Positions 1 to 11,930 of a stretch of DNA of 64,000 nucleotides are shown piece by piece (position 1 is the first letter of the stretch; each line of letters opens with the position of its first letter). The translations under genes were made by a program, and so were the position numbers. The DNA comes from the human T2T-CHM13v2.0 reference genome, Homo sapiens, in NCBI RefSeq assembly GCF_009914755.1, contig NC_060937.1; one strand, 5' to 3'. The notes beneath the pieces were generated by a model. The model saw only the letters and a list, made by a program, of their open reading frames with translations, did not search any database and was not told the origin of the DNA.

Positions 1-409
1 TAATATAGTCAAAGTGCTGGACAGAAGTTTAATAATTCTATTAGTATAGCCTCTTTTCCCAAGAATAATACTAGATTCAAACCAAGTCAGATAAATGGCT
101 GCCCAGGCACCTTCCCCTTCTCTGCTAAATGTCCTCTTAATTTAACCAAAGTCTCAGAGAAAACCAAAATCTGTCCTTTGAGTTTCAAATGAATTGCCTC
201 ATATTCCCATCTGAGGGATGCTTGCACCCCTTTCTCCTCCTGGATTCTAGATGGAGAGGGAAGGTGTAGCTTTATATGCTGCCGGTCAAGTTCCAATTCT
301 TTCCACAGAAATATTAAATCTATGTATAAATATGTGTATCCCCACGTTGTCCACTGTGGGCTTTCTCTAACATGTGGATCTGGATGTCAAAAATCCAATC
401 CCTTCCCTT

Positions 410-414
<5 letters not shown>

Positions 415-442
<28 letters not shown>
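415..442. repeat. (AC)14 microsatellite
   Basis: Perfect AC dinucleotide run. Confidence 0.95.
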
Positions 443-445
<3 letters not shown>

Positions 446-3400
446 TTTATCTGTTCTGTTTTGTAATTTATATATACTTTAGATCCTTTGCTGAAGACTT
501 GGATAAATAAAGGAGTTTATATGATACCAATTCCAACAAATTAAAACAATTTAAAATTAATGTTATATAATTTTTTTCCATCAACTGGGGCCTGTACCAC
601 GTGGTTCAACAATCTCCCCACTCTTCTACCCAGATTCTCACGAGTAAAAAAATAGTACACTTTCCTTTTTTTATGCACAGCAAGTCAACCCTGTCTTTGT
701 CCTATCTTTTCCTTCCATAACTTTCCTTAGGCTTTTTTGCTCAACTCTTTGCATCAGGCTGGCTCATCAAGGTAGGAGAAATTCTGAAGCCAGCTGCTGA
801 GATAGTCTGTTTTCTTAGATGGCATAAAGATTGTCCACAACTGGAATAAGTAATGCATCTCTGAGATTAACCAACCTTGACAGTTACATAGCAAGTTTCA
901 ACATCCCATTTTAATTCTCTCTCTTACAACTCAAGGCAACTGCCTCTTGTCCTTTGTTCAGAAACCCAGGGTGCAGGATTCATTAACCCTTAACTAATAT
1001 TCCATTGTAGAGATTGTGGGCTTCTTGGTGTGAAAGCTGTTTTTAATTTTCTCCAACCCTTGAGGCCACTGACTGGAGGTGAGGAGACAGAAAGTGAGGC
1101 AAGAGAAGAGGTTACCTGGGAAGGCTCTCAGCACTATGGGGGTGGGAAAGAAAGAGCACTGATCAAAGGACAAAGGGGCAGACTTTAGGTGGCACCACTG
1201 GAGACGACTCAGAGAAGGGACCATGGCAGAGACAGGCTCAAAGCTTGACTTGTCTGGGAGCCCTGCGAGAATAATTTTCAATTTTCAGTAACTGAAAATT
1301 AGGTCCAAGTCTGCCCTGTTTTACGTTTTGCTAATGTGCAGCAAGCTGCCATTTTCTTTCCTCTATTCCTTTGATCTCATGATCAGCATTTCCAATTAAT
1401 ATTTGTTTAACACCAGGCCTGGGGTAGATATTTGGAGAATAGACTGAGAAGAAAATGCCCGCACCCTGCCCTGGAAACTTTCGGAGATGCCTGCTGATTG
1501 TTCTGGTACTGCTGTGCTCGTAACTTCAAAGCAAGTGCGACAGCCATTCTGCCCAGATTCAGTCCCAACCAGCTTCCTACTGGGGGAAGAAAGAACACAA
1601 TAGGAATTAGTTAAATTTCCAGTTTTGCCAAATACATGGACTTTGGCACGCAATCAAAATGTTTTTATAAAAGTTAAAAATGCTTTATGAAAGTGTACAC
1701 TTACAAAGTAGAAAGCTGTTCAGCCCTAGTCCTACCAGCCCTGGGAATGCAGACAGCCTGGTCCTGAAGGATGGTGGCCGGGGGCAGTAAGATCTTCCAG
1801 CAACACTTCAGAGTGGATGCCATCAGATGACGGCTTCTCCTCAGGGAAGCCATTTGCCATCAAACAAAAATATTTCCTTTCATTTAATTATGTGGATTTT
1901 TGCTAAATTAAATGCACTAAGAGGCTGGGATCCAACATTTACAAAGGAGAAATCTCAGACTCCTCTGGTTTCTGCTGGCCTGTGCTTTCTTGAAAACAGA
2001 CACCGGGCAATGGAAAATGTGGTAAAAGTTTTAATGCTCATGCTAAAAGGAAAAACACCTTTCCTTTCCTTTCCTTTACATTGGCCAGCCACGCCTGGCA
2101 AGGCAAAGACCAGCTGAGTGAAAAGTCATTTGTGCAAAATCCAGCCAAGCTGTCAGTTGAGCTTAGCAAGTAGTGACTTGGAAACAAAAAAATTAAGGGA
2201 AAGAAACTCATCTTCAGATATATTTTATTTTGGTGTTATATGACAAGGAGTAGATTGAATTCACCTTCAAACAAATGTTTTCGAGAAAATATCCCAAAAC
2301 ATACCATTTTAATTTATATTATATTAATGCTTGAAATGAAATGGGAGAAAATGAAAAGTAGTGAAAACCATTTTCCATAAAGTAGGATATATTTGCTCTA
2401 AAATTTCCTATGTGATGCTAGTCTTTTATGGAGCTGAAAAAAGGAGGAGGTAGAAAACAGGGACTCCTAACAATATCTATTAGTGTTTTCTCTAATTCAG
2501 CCACAGAGGGCTTTACATGTTGTTCTTTGCTTGATTCCAAAACATGTGTCCCCAGGTGGGAAAAGAAATCTGGTTGTAGGGAGAGGAGAAAATTCTACTG
2601 TTAGCTTTTCCACATGGCTTTATTAAAAAATCATTTTACTTTTTTTGGGAACAATTTTTATATATGAAAAATAGAAACATAGATGCTTCCTGACAGATCC
2701 CGATGGTCCCATGCCTTGAGACTGTACTCAGAAAGGTGAAGAGATAGAGATGTTTCTCTCTGCTCTCTGGCAAGTGGGGCAGTGCCACACAGTCACTGCC
2801 TCAGCACCACCACCTCCCTGTCCTAGCGCCCAGGGCAACTTAGGATGCTTCTGAATCTGTACATAACGCTGAAGTCTGCAAAAGCCTTCTCTAACATTAA
2901 ATTCCCTTGTCAACTCTTAGGCCCCTTTAAACCGTGAACAAGACGACCCTTGTTCTGGAAAATCTATCTATCTTGCCAACACACACACATATACAAAAAC
3001 ACAACTGTTGGGCAAATAAATCTTTCCAGAGAAAATAGATTCTTTTCCAATTCAGTCAACTGTACTGAGCTGGAAAGCGAGAAATGTTATTTTTCCAGGA
3101 TGAAGGAAAAACAAGATCTCTCCTTGTTTGCCCTGTCTAGCCCATTTCAAAAGAAGGTCAGTTTAATGCCTTCATTTAAAAAAAAAAAAAAAAATCTCAA
3201 GTGTTGTGTATCAGAAGACACTTAGTTCCTTTCAGGCTGGGAATCGCACATTGAGGCTCTGTGTTTTTTTCCCTTTGACCTAAGATACACATGGCAGGGC
3301 TGAATTGCCTACCGCTCTGGAGATGTCAAAAGTATCAGGAGTGGGAAGGACGGAGTCTGGTGATGTGGAATTCTTTGCTATTGGCCAGCCTCCTGATTGC

Positions 3401-4029
3401 CAGCCTGTGTCCCACTCCAGTCACTGAGCATGAAAGATGCAGCTTATGAATTGATCCCCATTTCATTCAAGGCCACACACATTCTCCATGCTTACTTCTC
3501 CATATTCCCCATAATTTGAGGGCCTGGATCATCCCCTTGGAGAGTGAGAAAACATGGAGTTATAATGTTCCTGGCTGAAGAGCATGGAATAGAATATAAA
3601 TTAGACACAATGCTTGTCTATTCCCTGGGACGCTCTTTAGGACTTAAAATTCTAAGTCTCAAGGAAGTCCTAACTATAGCGACAGTAACTGGAGTCTGAG
3701 GATTCCAGCTTCCTTGTTCCTCGACGCAAATATAGGCTTCACATGTATAGCATGTAGCATATAGTTGATGCCCAGTAAAAATTTGTTTCTATTTTTTCAC
3801 CAAAAAATTTCTATTTGCCATTAGATATGGCAGAAAAAAGGTAATAATTTCATATATTTTCATTTCTTCCAAGCATCATTAGTTCTTGTCTTACCCAATT
3901 TGTGGTTGCCATAAGGGTATGCAATTATGCATATTTATTCTCTGCCTCATCCCAAACCTATTCCAAACAGAATAGCCTAATATATGGCTGCTGGGTCACA
4001 GTGGCACATGAGCCAGAGCCAAATGGAAA

Positions 4030-4220
4030 AAAATGCAAAATATCTTATTAGTAACTATATTGATTACATGTTAACAAGATAATATTTTGTATATACTGGA
4101 TTAAATTCAATATATCATTAAAATCAATTCGACCTATTTCTTTTTACTTTTTTAATATGGCTACTAGAAATTTAAAATTACGTATGTGGCCTGCACTATA
4201 TTCCTATTAGATAGTGCTGG
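4030..4220 (-). mobile_element. MER33-like hAT-Charlie DNA transposon fragment
   Basis: Reverse complement resembles the recalled MER33 start (CAGCACTATCTAATAGGAATATAGTGCAGGCCACATACGTAATTTTAAATTTCTAGTAGCCATATTAAAAAAGTAAAAAG). Confidence 0.75.
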
Positions 4221-4847
4221 TGTAGACTACTCTATGAAATATAGAATTAATAAGGTAATAATTGAAGGTAAGGGCCTATGGTAATAACTAGCCTTTATGG
4301 CACATTTACTATGTCTGGCATTTTATATGATTTTATTTCATTCTAATTACATTTATGAAAGGTAATTATTATTAGCCCATTTGTTGAAAGTATTCTGCCC
4401 AAAATTTTATAGCATGCTAACAGAGCTGGTATTTAAAATCTGGGTTTCTGGCAGTAAAAAACATGAGCTTTACAATCTGAAATGATATCTCTTAAGTATT
4501 CTTTAAAAAAAAAATTCCCAAGAATGTTGACATCAGGTGACCTGGAAAAAATAGGAGTATCTGTTCCATTAGTTCCTAATTACGGCTTTAAAATTTTGAT
4601 AATCTGAAAATCAGTGTTATATATTTTTTATTACTGAGAAGGAATAGTAATAGAAACATTGGTCTCTAACCTATGAATTTAAACTGGAGAAAATTACAAA
4701 TTAAGCTTCTGTCTTTCCTAAACACAGAAGAAAAGGGAAACTTATTTGATGGGAAAGAAGTTAATATTCATTGAGCACCTACTATTTCCATTCGTGTCCC
4801 ATAAATGCATTATTCTTAACAGGTCCAAAATGGAAAACATCATCTTT

Positions 4848-5131
4848 TTTTTTTTTCTACAGTTTTTTTTTGTTTGTTTTTCTTTTTTTTTATTATATTT
4901 TAAGTTTTAGGGTACATGGCACAAGGTGCAGGTTTGTTACATATGTATAAATGTGCCATGTTGGTGTGCTGCACCCATTAACTCGTCATTTAACATTATG
5001 TATATCTCCTAATGCTATCCCTCCGCCCTCCCCAACCCCACAACAGGCCCTGGTGTGTGATGCTCCCCTTCCTGTGTCCAAGTGTTCTCATTGTTCAGTT
5101 CCCACCTATAAGTGAGAACATGCAGTGTTTG
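4848..5131 (-). mobile_element. 5'-truncated L1PA 3' end with poly(A) tail and 16-bp TSD
   Basis: L1PA 3'UTR (ttttaagttttagggtacatg...gtgagaacatgcagtgtttgg) with T-rich tail; GGAAAACATCATCTTT duplicated at 4832-4847 and 5132-5147. Confidence 0.95.
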
Positions 5132-5439
5132 GGAAAACATCATCTTTATCCCCAAACCAGCTCCTCCTCATCCTCCATTCTCTATCTTAGGTACAGTCAC
5201 CTGAATCTACCTTCTCACTTATGCCAGAAACCTCATTCTTTTCTCAGCTCCTCTCGTTTCTTTACCCTCCTTTCAATCTTGCCAGTTTATAGAACACAGG
5301 TATTCTTACTTTGCCTGAGCAGTACAGATTGTGCTTCCCTGTGGCTGTGCCAAGTTCTTATTCTTATCAGCAGAACATTTTCCCACATCCCCCAGCACAT
5401 GGAGTTATTCAGCTTGCTAATGTTCTCCAAATAGGCATA

Positions 5440-7010
5440 AAATTATATCTCATTATTATATTAATTTGCTGAGGTACTTATGATTTGTTCGTTTTTTGGG
5501 GTTTATTGCTTTGTAAATTGCCTGTTCATATACTTTGCCCATTTCTGTAAATGAAGTTACTCTCTTTACCTTGTTTGATTTGACTTCTTCTTTGATCTGG
5601 TCTCTTCGTGTATATTCTAGATAGGAATCCCTCATCTGTTTGAACATTATAAGTCTCTGTCCCTATTTTTAAATGTCTTTCTAATGTTATCCATGTCATG
5701 CGTCTTTCTGTATAATAAAAAAACTTAATTTTGATATATATCAAGAATCAATGTTATACCACATGGCTTTTTTGAAGTTTTTGTTTAAGTTTTGAAATGC
5801 TCTACTGACCCAACATTACATACATTTTTAGAACAAACTTATGATGAATTTCAGACTAGAATTTTGATGGAATTACACTGTGCCTACTAGATATATGTGG
5901 AGAGGGTTAACATCTTTATGATATTAAATCTTCCCATGTAGCAATAAGAAATATTTCTCATTCATTCAGGTTTTTTTCTGTGTTATTAGGATATTTAAGT
6001 TTTTTCAAGGGGGCTGTATGTATTCTTGTTTAATTACCAGATATTTTTAGTTGTTGTTGCTATTGTAAATGGTATCTTGCTTTTTAAAAAATTACATTTT
6101 ATATTTGCTTGCTGTTGGAAATGCTCTTATAGTTTGATCAAATGTCCACCAAGTTTTTATTGTTTAGCTGTTGATCCTATTGTTTATTCTGAGTAGATGG
6201 ATATAAAATCTGCAAACACTGACAGTTAATTTCTTCCTTTCGATCACCATTTTTATCTTTCTTTCCTTCAATGTGGGCTAGGATTACCAACAGTATAGTA
6301 TTGGTTGTGTTATATAGTGGCTTATCACAGTGAGAATGTTTGTCTTAACAGGAATGCACTTAAACTTTCTCCATTAACTATAATGTTTGTGGAGGTTTTG
6401 GAATATAACCAAAATCCACTTAGGGGAATTAAAGAAATCCTTTTCTACTCTTTGCTAAGAGTTTTTATCATAAATAAGCAAGGAAATTATCAAGTACTTT
6501 TTCTGCATCAATTGAAATTATTGTGAGATTTTAAAAAATTTAATTTACTAATGTTCTTAATTTTGTTGGCAGAATCCCTAATAAGGAATCATTCATTAAT
6601 CAAGCTGTATTATTTTAAAACATACCATTGGGTTCAATTAGCTAATATTTTAAAAGATATTTTTCATCTACTTGAGTATGAGAAATTGAGCTATAATTTT
6701 CTTTCTTTCTTTGTAAAACACCATCATTGTAAAATGTCCATCTGATTGCGCCAATATCATAAAATGAACTCAGTAGCTTTTGCTCTATCTCTTTTGGAAT
6801 AATTTAGAATACAGATTAGAATTTGTTGTTCCTCAAGAGTTTGATAGAACGCACCTGTAAAACCATTTGGGCTTACAATTTTTTGAAAGGAGAGATCATT
6901 GATTGCATTTAATCTCTAAAATCTGTTGGTTTAGTCAAGTGTCCTATTCTTTATGTCAGTTTTGGCATTTAATATTTTTTCATTTTGATTAGGTTTTCAA
7001 AATTTTTATA
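5440..7010 (-). mobile_element. Old, degraded L1M (L1ME-like) ORF2/3' region
   Basis: T-rich sequence with L1 antisense motifs (tttgcccatttct, tgtatattctagata, tgttgttgctattgtaaatgg, cctgtaaaaccatttgggc); boundaries approximate. Confidence 0.65.
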
Positions 7011-7276
7011 TTTTAATAAGTTCACATCCCTCTTCTAGTATTTCAGTGTTTTTTTGAAAATGATACCTGTTGATAGAGAATTCAAACAATATAGAAAATA
7101 TTAAAAAAAATAACAAAAATCCACCCCAAATCCTATGCTCCAGAAATAATCATAATATGAACATCTATATATTTAGGTATTTTTGTAGCAGTCACCGTTC
7201 TATGTACAGAATTATAACAATATTAATAATAACAATAGACACACATATAGTACTTATTATTATTATATACTTATAC

Positions 7277-7705
7277 TGTATTAGTCTGTTCTCGCATTGC
7301 TGTAAAGAATTATCTGAGGCTGGGCAATTTATAAAGAAAAGAGGTTTAATTGGCTCATGGTTCTTCAAGCTGTACGGGAAGCACAGTATTTCTGCTTTTG
7401 GAGAGGCCTCAGGAAACTTACAATCATGGTGGAAGGCAAAGAGGGAATGAGGCGTCTCACATGGTGGAAGCAGAAGCAAGACAGAGAGAGGGGAGGTGAT
7501 ACACACTTTGAAACAACCAGCTCATGCAAGAACTCACTCACTCACTCACTCATTACCACAAAAACAGCACCAAGACGATAGTACTAAATTATTCACGAGA
7601 AACCACCCCCACGATCCAAACACCTCTCACCAGGCCTCACCTCCAACACTGGGGATAACAACTGAACATGAGATTTGGGTGGGGACACAGATCTAAACCA
7701 TATGA
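7277..7705 (-). mobile_element. MST-family (MSTA/MSTB) ERVL-MaLR solo LTR
   Basis: tgtattagtctgttctcgcattgctgtaaag...gagatttgggtggggacacagatctaaaccata, typical MST termini. Confidence 0.9.
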
Positions 7706-8029
7706 GATACTGATAGAAGAATTACGTACATGTATAGATAGAAGAATGGATGCTTAGAAAGCTAAATGATGGATAGACAGATATATAACCCTGCACGTAT
7801 TTCTATTATAAGACCCACAAGAACTTTTTATTTGCATTTAATGATCACAAATATATCCCACACAGGATTCTGCACTCAATGAGAGTGGGAACCCTGTTCT
7901 ATGCGTCACTGCAGCCAGGCTGGTTTCTGGCATTGATTCCAACTTTATAGGATGTTTATTGAACGAGTGAGTAAATGAAGAACATGCAGTGCAATGTGCA
8001 AACATTGTTCAAGGAACGACATATGTTTT

Positions 8030-8200
8030 GCTTTTGTAAGCCTTCCCAGCCCCTTGCAAAGAAGATGTATCATCCCCATTTTTCAGATGAGGAACTGAGA
8101 CAGGAAGAAAGTAATTTGTCCAGGGCCTAAAGAGCAACCTGCTGGATTCTGGCATGGGCTCTGATTCTGATATCCCCCCTTTCCACTATACCGCACTGAT
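8030..8200. mobile_element. MIR SINE fragment
   Basis: MIR core atccccatttttcagatgaggaactgag. Confidence 0.7.
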
Positions 8201-9024
8201 ACTCAGAACAAATACCCCAAGAGGCCAAAAAAGGTATGAAGAATCTGCAGTTCCTTCATTGAAAAAATATTTATTAAGCTCCTTCTAAACACCACGCACT
8301 GGGATAGGAACCGAGTTTCAATGACTCCTAAACAGGGCTCCTGCATTGTATCCCAACAATGCACAAAAACAACCTATGGTTATGCTGTGGCTGTGCTCTG
8401 GTGTGTGTTGTGTGAGTGAAGGGAGAAGTACAAGAAAGAAGGTGGTTCCCAGAGGCCTCCTATGTACAAGCAGGAAAATAGAAGGCAGGCAATCAGAGGA
8501 GTCAGGGACACTGCTCCAGGCCAACACGAGCCCAGCAGTGGAAGTGATGAAAAAAAGAGGGCTCTGTAGGAGACACAAGCAGACCTGCTTAGAAAACAGC
8601 ACCCACTTTGGGCCTACCAATTAGCGAAAAAAGGCCCTCTCTGCTGACCAATTAGAACAAGGTTCCCTTTCATCTCGCTGACCCAGCCCCATGCTGCACA
8701 CATCACAGGGGCCGAAAAAGAGCGGGTCTCAGCCCTGACTGCCCTGGCTTAGCTGAGTGCCCTTGTCAGAGCAAAACCCACATCATCACCCAGCCCCCTG
8801 GGCGAAGCGCTTAGTAGGGCAGCCCTCATCATAGCTCCCTTTATTTAAGGCCACTTTAACAAGTCATTAGAACAGATCCTGGTTGGTTTTATGACATCTG
8901 CCCACTAAGGTTAACAAATATGTCAATCAAGAGGATTATAATCCAAGGAGGGAAAGAAGGCAGGGTAGGTTATTTTCTGGTGACTTTCATATTACCAGAA
9001 ATCCGAATTAAGAATTTCAGATTT

Positions 9025-9306
9025 TTCTTTTTTTTTGAGACAGTCTTACTCTGTCATCCAGGCTGGAGTGCAGCAGCACAATCTCAGCTGACTGCAACCT
9101 CTGCCTCCCAGATTCAAGTGATTCTCCTGCCTCAGCCTCCCTAGTAGTTGAGATTACAGGCACCTGCCACCATGTCCAGCTAATTTTTGTAGAGAAGGGG
9201 TTTCACCATATTGGCCAGGCTGATCTTGAACTCCTGACCTCAAGTGATCCGCCTGCCTCAGACTCCCAAAGTGCTGGTAGTAGAGGCATGAGCCATTGCA
9301 CTGCCC
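9025..9306 (-). mobile_element. AluS element with 15-bp TSD
   Basis: Dimeric Alu, antisense; AAGAATTTCAGATTT at 9010-9024 and 9307-9321. Confidence 0.95.
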
Positions 9307-9429
9307 AAGAATTTCAGATTTCTTAACATTGTTTTCAAACATCACCAGTTCTCCAAGAAGCTATATACACTGGAGAAGAGCGTTTGAAAACAATTTTTTG
9401 TACCCTGTTCTTTTCTCTTTGTTAAAAAT

Positions 9430-9900
9430 TTTAAATCTTTGTTTTGAAGTTTAACATACACACAGAAAAGTAAGTGCACAAATTTTAAGTGTACAGCTCA
9501 ATGAAGTTTTACAGAATGACTACATCCAAGTAACCAGCACCCAAGTCAAAAAACAGAATTATTGCTAACATCCAGAAACCCTCTCATATCTTCTTCCAGC
9601 CACTGTTCCCTCTCCACAGGTAACCTCCGCTTCTAACTGCTAACACCCCAGGCTCACTTTGCCTGTTTGTGAACTCTACATAAATGGAATAATTTAATGG
9701 GTTCTCTTTACTGTCTGGCTTCTTTTCCTTAACTTTATATTTGTGAGACTGATACATGGCCTTGCCAATAGCCAATAGTCCATTTATTCTCATTGCTGTA
9801 TAGTATGCCTTTGTGGGGATGTATCATAAATTATTTCATTCATTCTACTGTTGATGGACATTTGGATCATCTTCGGTTTAGGGCTAATGTGAACAGTTAC
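9430..9900 (-). mobile_element. Old L1M (L1MC/ME-like) 3' end
   Basis: aagtgcacaaattttaagtgtacagctcaatg...cattctactgttgatggacatttgg motifs. Confidence 0.8.
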
Positions 9901-10804
9901 CAGCCTGTTTTTAATGTTTGATTGTTATTTACATACCCCTGCCAAAAGCCGCACCAAATGTGAATGTGAAATTCAAGGGCTGATAAATTGCTGTGGCCGT
10001 AGGAAGCAAAAATAACTGTAAAGGATCTTTTATCTTGATTAGAAAACTTAAAGATATGTTACCGTATAAGGCAATTATATACTGTATAAGCAATTATATG
10101 CAGTTCATTGCATAATGCCAGTAGTCATTAGACAGTGAGAAGCAAACAAGATTGATGAATTTTCAGGTAAAGAATAGGGATCTATGTGATTCTGGCAACA
10201 GCTGGTCAGTTTTACCCTCTGCATTTAGCAGAGCTTGGTAAATTTTTTATGATATGACAATGTGATATTCCTAAGATTGCGCGTATAAACTGTACTGATT
10301 AACTTCAAATTCTGTGAGGTAGGTGGCAAGTAGCATCATTTTCATTTTCCAGAAAAGGGAGTTTAGACAAATTGCTTTCCCTCCCTCTCCCCACGCGCAG
10401 GACGGCAAGTCAGTGTCATGGCTACAGAACGCATAGGCTTCTGCCTGTGAGCTGAGCTTCTCCAACTGTCCTCCCCACATGTGCCCAATATGCAGCGGGA
10501 AGGCAGTGGGAGGAACTGCAGCCTTGAGGTGGGAGGAATTCTATTAATACCTTGGATATTTATAGTACTCTGGAGTACTTGGAGCATCTTTTCAGAAGAG
10601 CTGGCCAAAGTCTGTGACTCATATGCCAACACAAGGAGCAATGTCATTTTGGAGACAGGCTGTCACATGGCGCTTGCAACTTCCGAACTCCTTATAGGGG
10701 CCAATTTCTCACCCCTGGTTATTATGTTCAAGAAATTGATGAATTAATCAAGGAACAATCCTTGAAGATGTTTTCTGGGCATCTCCACACAGGCTGGCTC
10801 CATC

Positions 10805-11310
10805 CCAGGGGTTCTTTGCCTTTTGTGCTGTGAATTTCCTTGGCCATCTGGTAAAGGCTTACGGACTCCTTTTCAGAATATTGTTTTAAAATGCGTAAAA
10901 TAAAATACATGGAATTACAAAGGAAACAAAGCATACTGAAATACAGTTATCCGAATTGTAGAAACAAAAACAAGTTTGTGATCTAATAATATGTGTGTTT
11001 CTTTGCTGACATGTTCCACAACCAGATCTAGAGGTGAGAAAAGAATTAACAAAATTTCAAAGTAATAAGTATTCACAATATTTGACAATACCTGCAATAA
11101 TGTGATGTGATATTAAAATAATTTTCTTTCTATTGGTGACAGTCACAGATACTGCAACTACTTCTGCAGTTTGCTGCCTATCATCATAGTTGAAAGAGAT
11201 TTAAAATTTCCATTAGAGGTTAGTAAAAACTTCAGAGGTATCTTTTTTTCCCATCTAAATTCACAGACACCTGAATTCTATCCCTCATCCCTGAAATCTA
11301 TTCGTACCTT
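10805..11310 (+). mobile_element. hAT-Charlie DNA transposon (MER119-like)
   Basis: ccaggggttct...tcagaatattgttttaaaatgcgtaaaataaaatacatggaattacaaaggaaac resembles the recalled MER119 consensus. Confidence 0.65.
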
Positions 11311-11599
11311 AATAACCCCAAAGATGGCTCCTAGGTTAGGTGCACACACACACACACACCCCTCTAAACACCATCAGCTATCTGAAACCTGGCAGCCTCT
11401 CTCCAGAAAGCTGGACTCCAGGCCAGTCCTGCGGCCAGACCAGAGAGTAGGAAGTTAAGGGCTTGTGATTATGAATCTCAGATTCTGCTACTACTACCAA
11501 GTAAGAATTGGCCTCAGGTGTAATCAAGGTCAGTTCCCAGCATGGCTCCTTGTGACAGGGCTGAGTAACAGGACTTCTTTTCAGTGATGTTCTGGACAA

Positions 11600-11930
11600 T
11601 TGACAAGTTCAGATGATACCCAGGAACTACTGTTAATATTAAGTTGATGCTCATTAAGTGGATGAAAGCATTATGGTTATTAAAGAAAATGTCCACATTT
11701 TTAAAAGATGCATGCTGAAGTATACAGGGGTAAATAACATATCTGGGTTTTATAATTAGAGTTTTTTTTAAATGCCTCTGGGTTAAAAAGGGGATGAATG
11801 AAGCAAAAGTGGTGAAAAATTCAATTAAAATTTCTGGACTCTAGATAATGCTTATATAGGGGCTAGTTATACTGTTCCCTCTGCTTTAGCTTATGTTTAA
11901 AACTTTTTCCTATAAAAACCTTAAAAATAA
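11600..11930 (+). mobile_element. Old L1M 3' end fragment
   Basis: gatgcatgctgaagtatacaggggtaaa...ttatactgttccctctgcttt...A-rich end. Confidence 0.6.
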
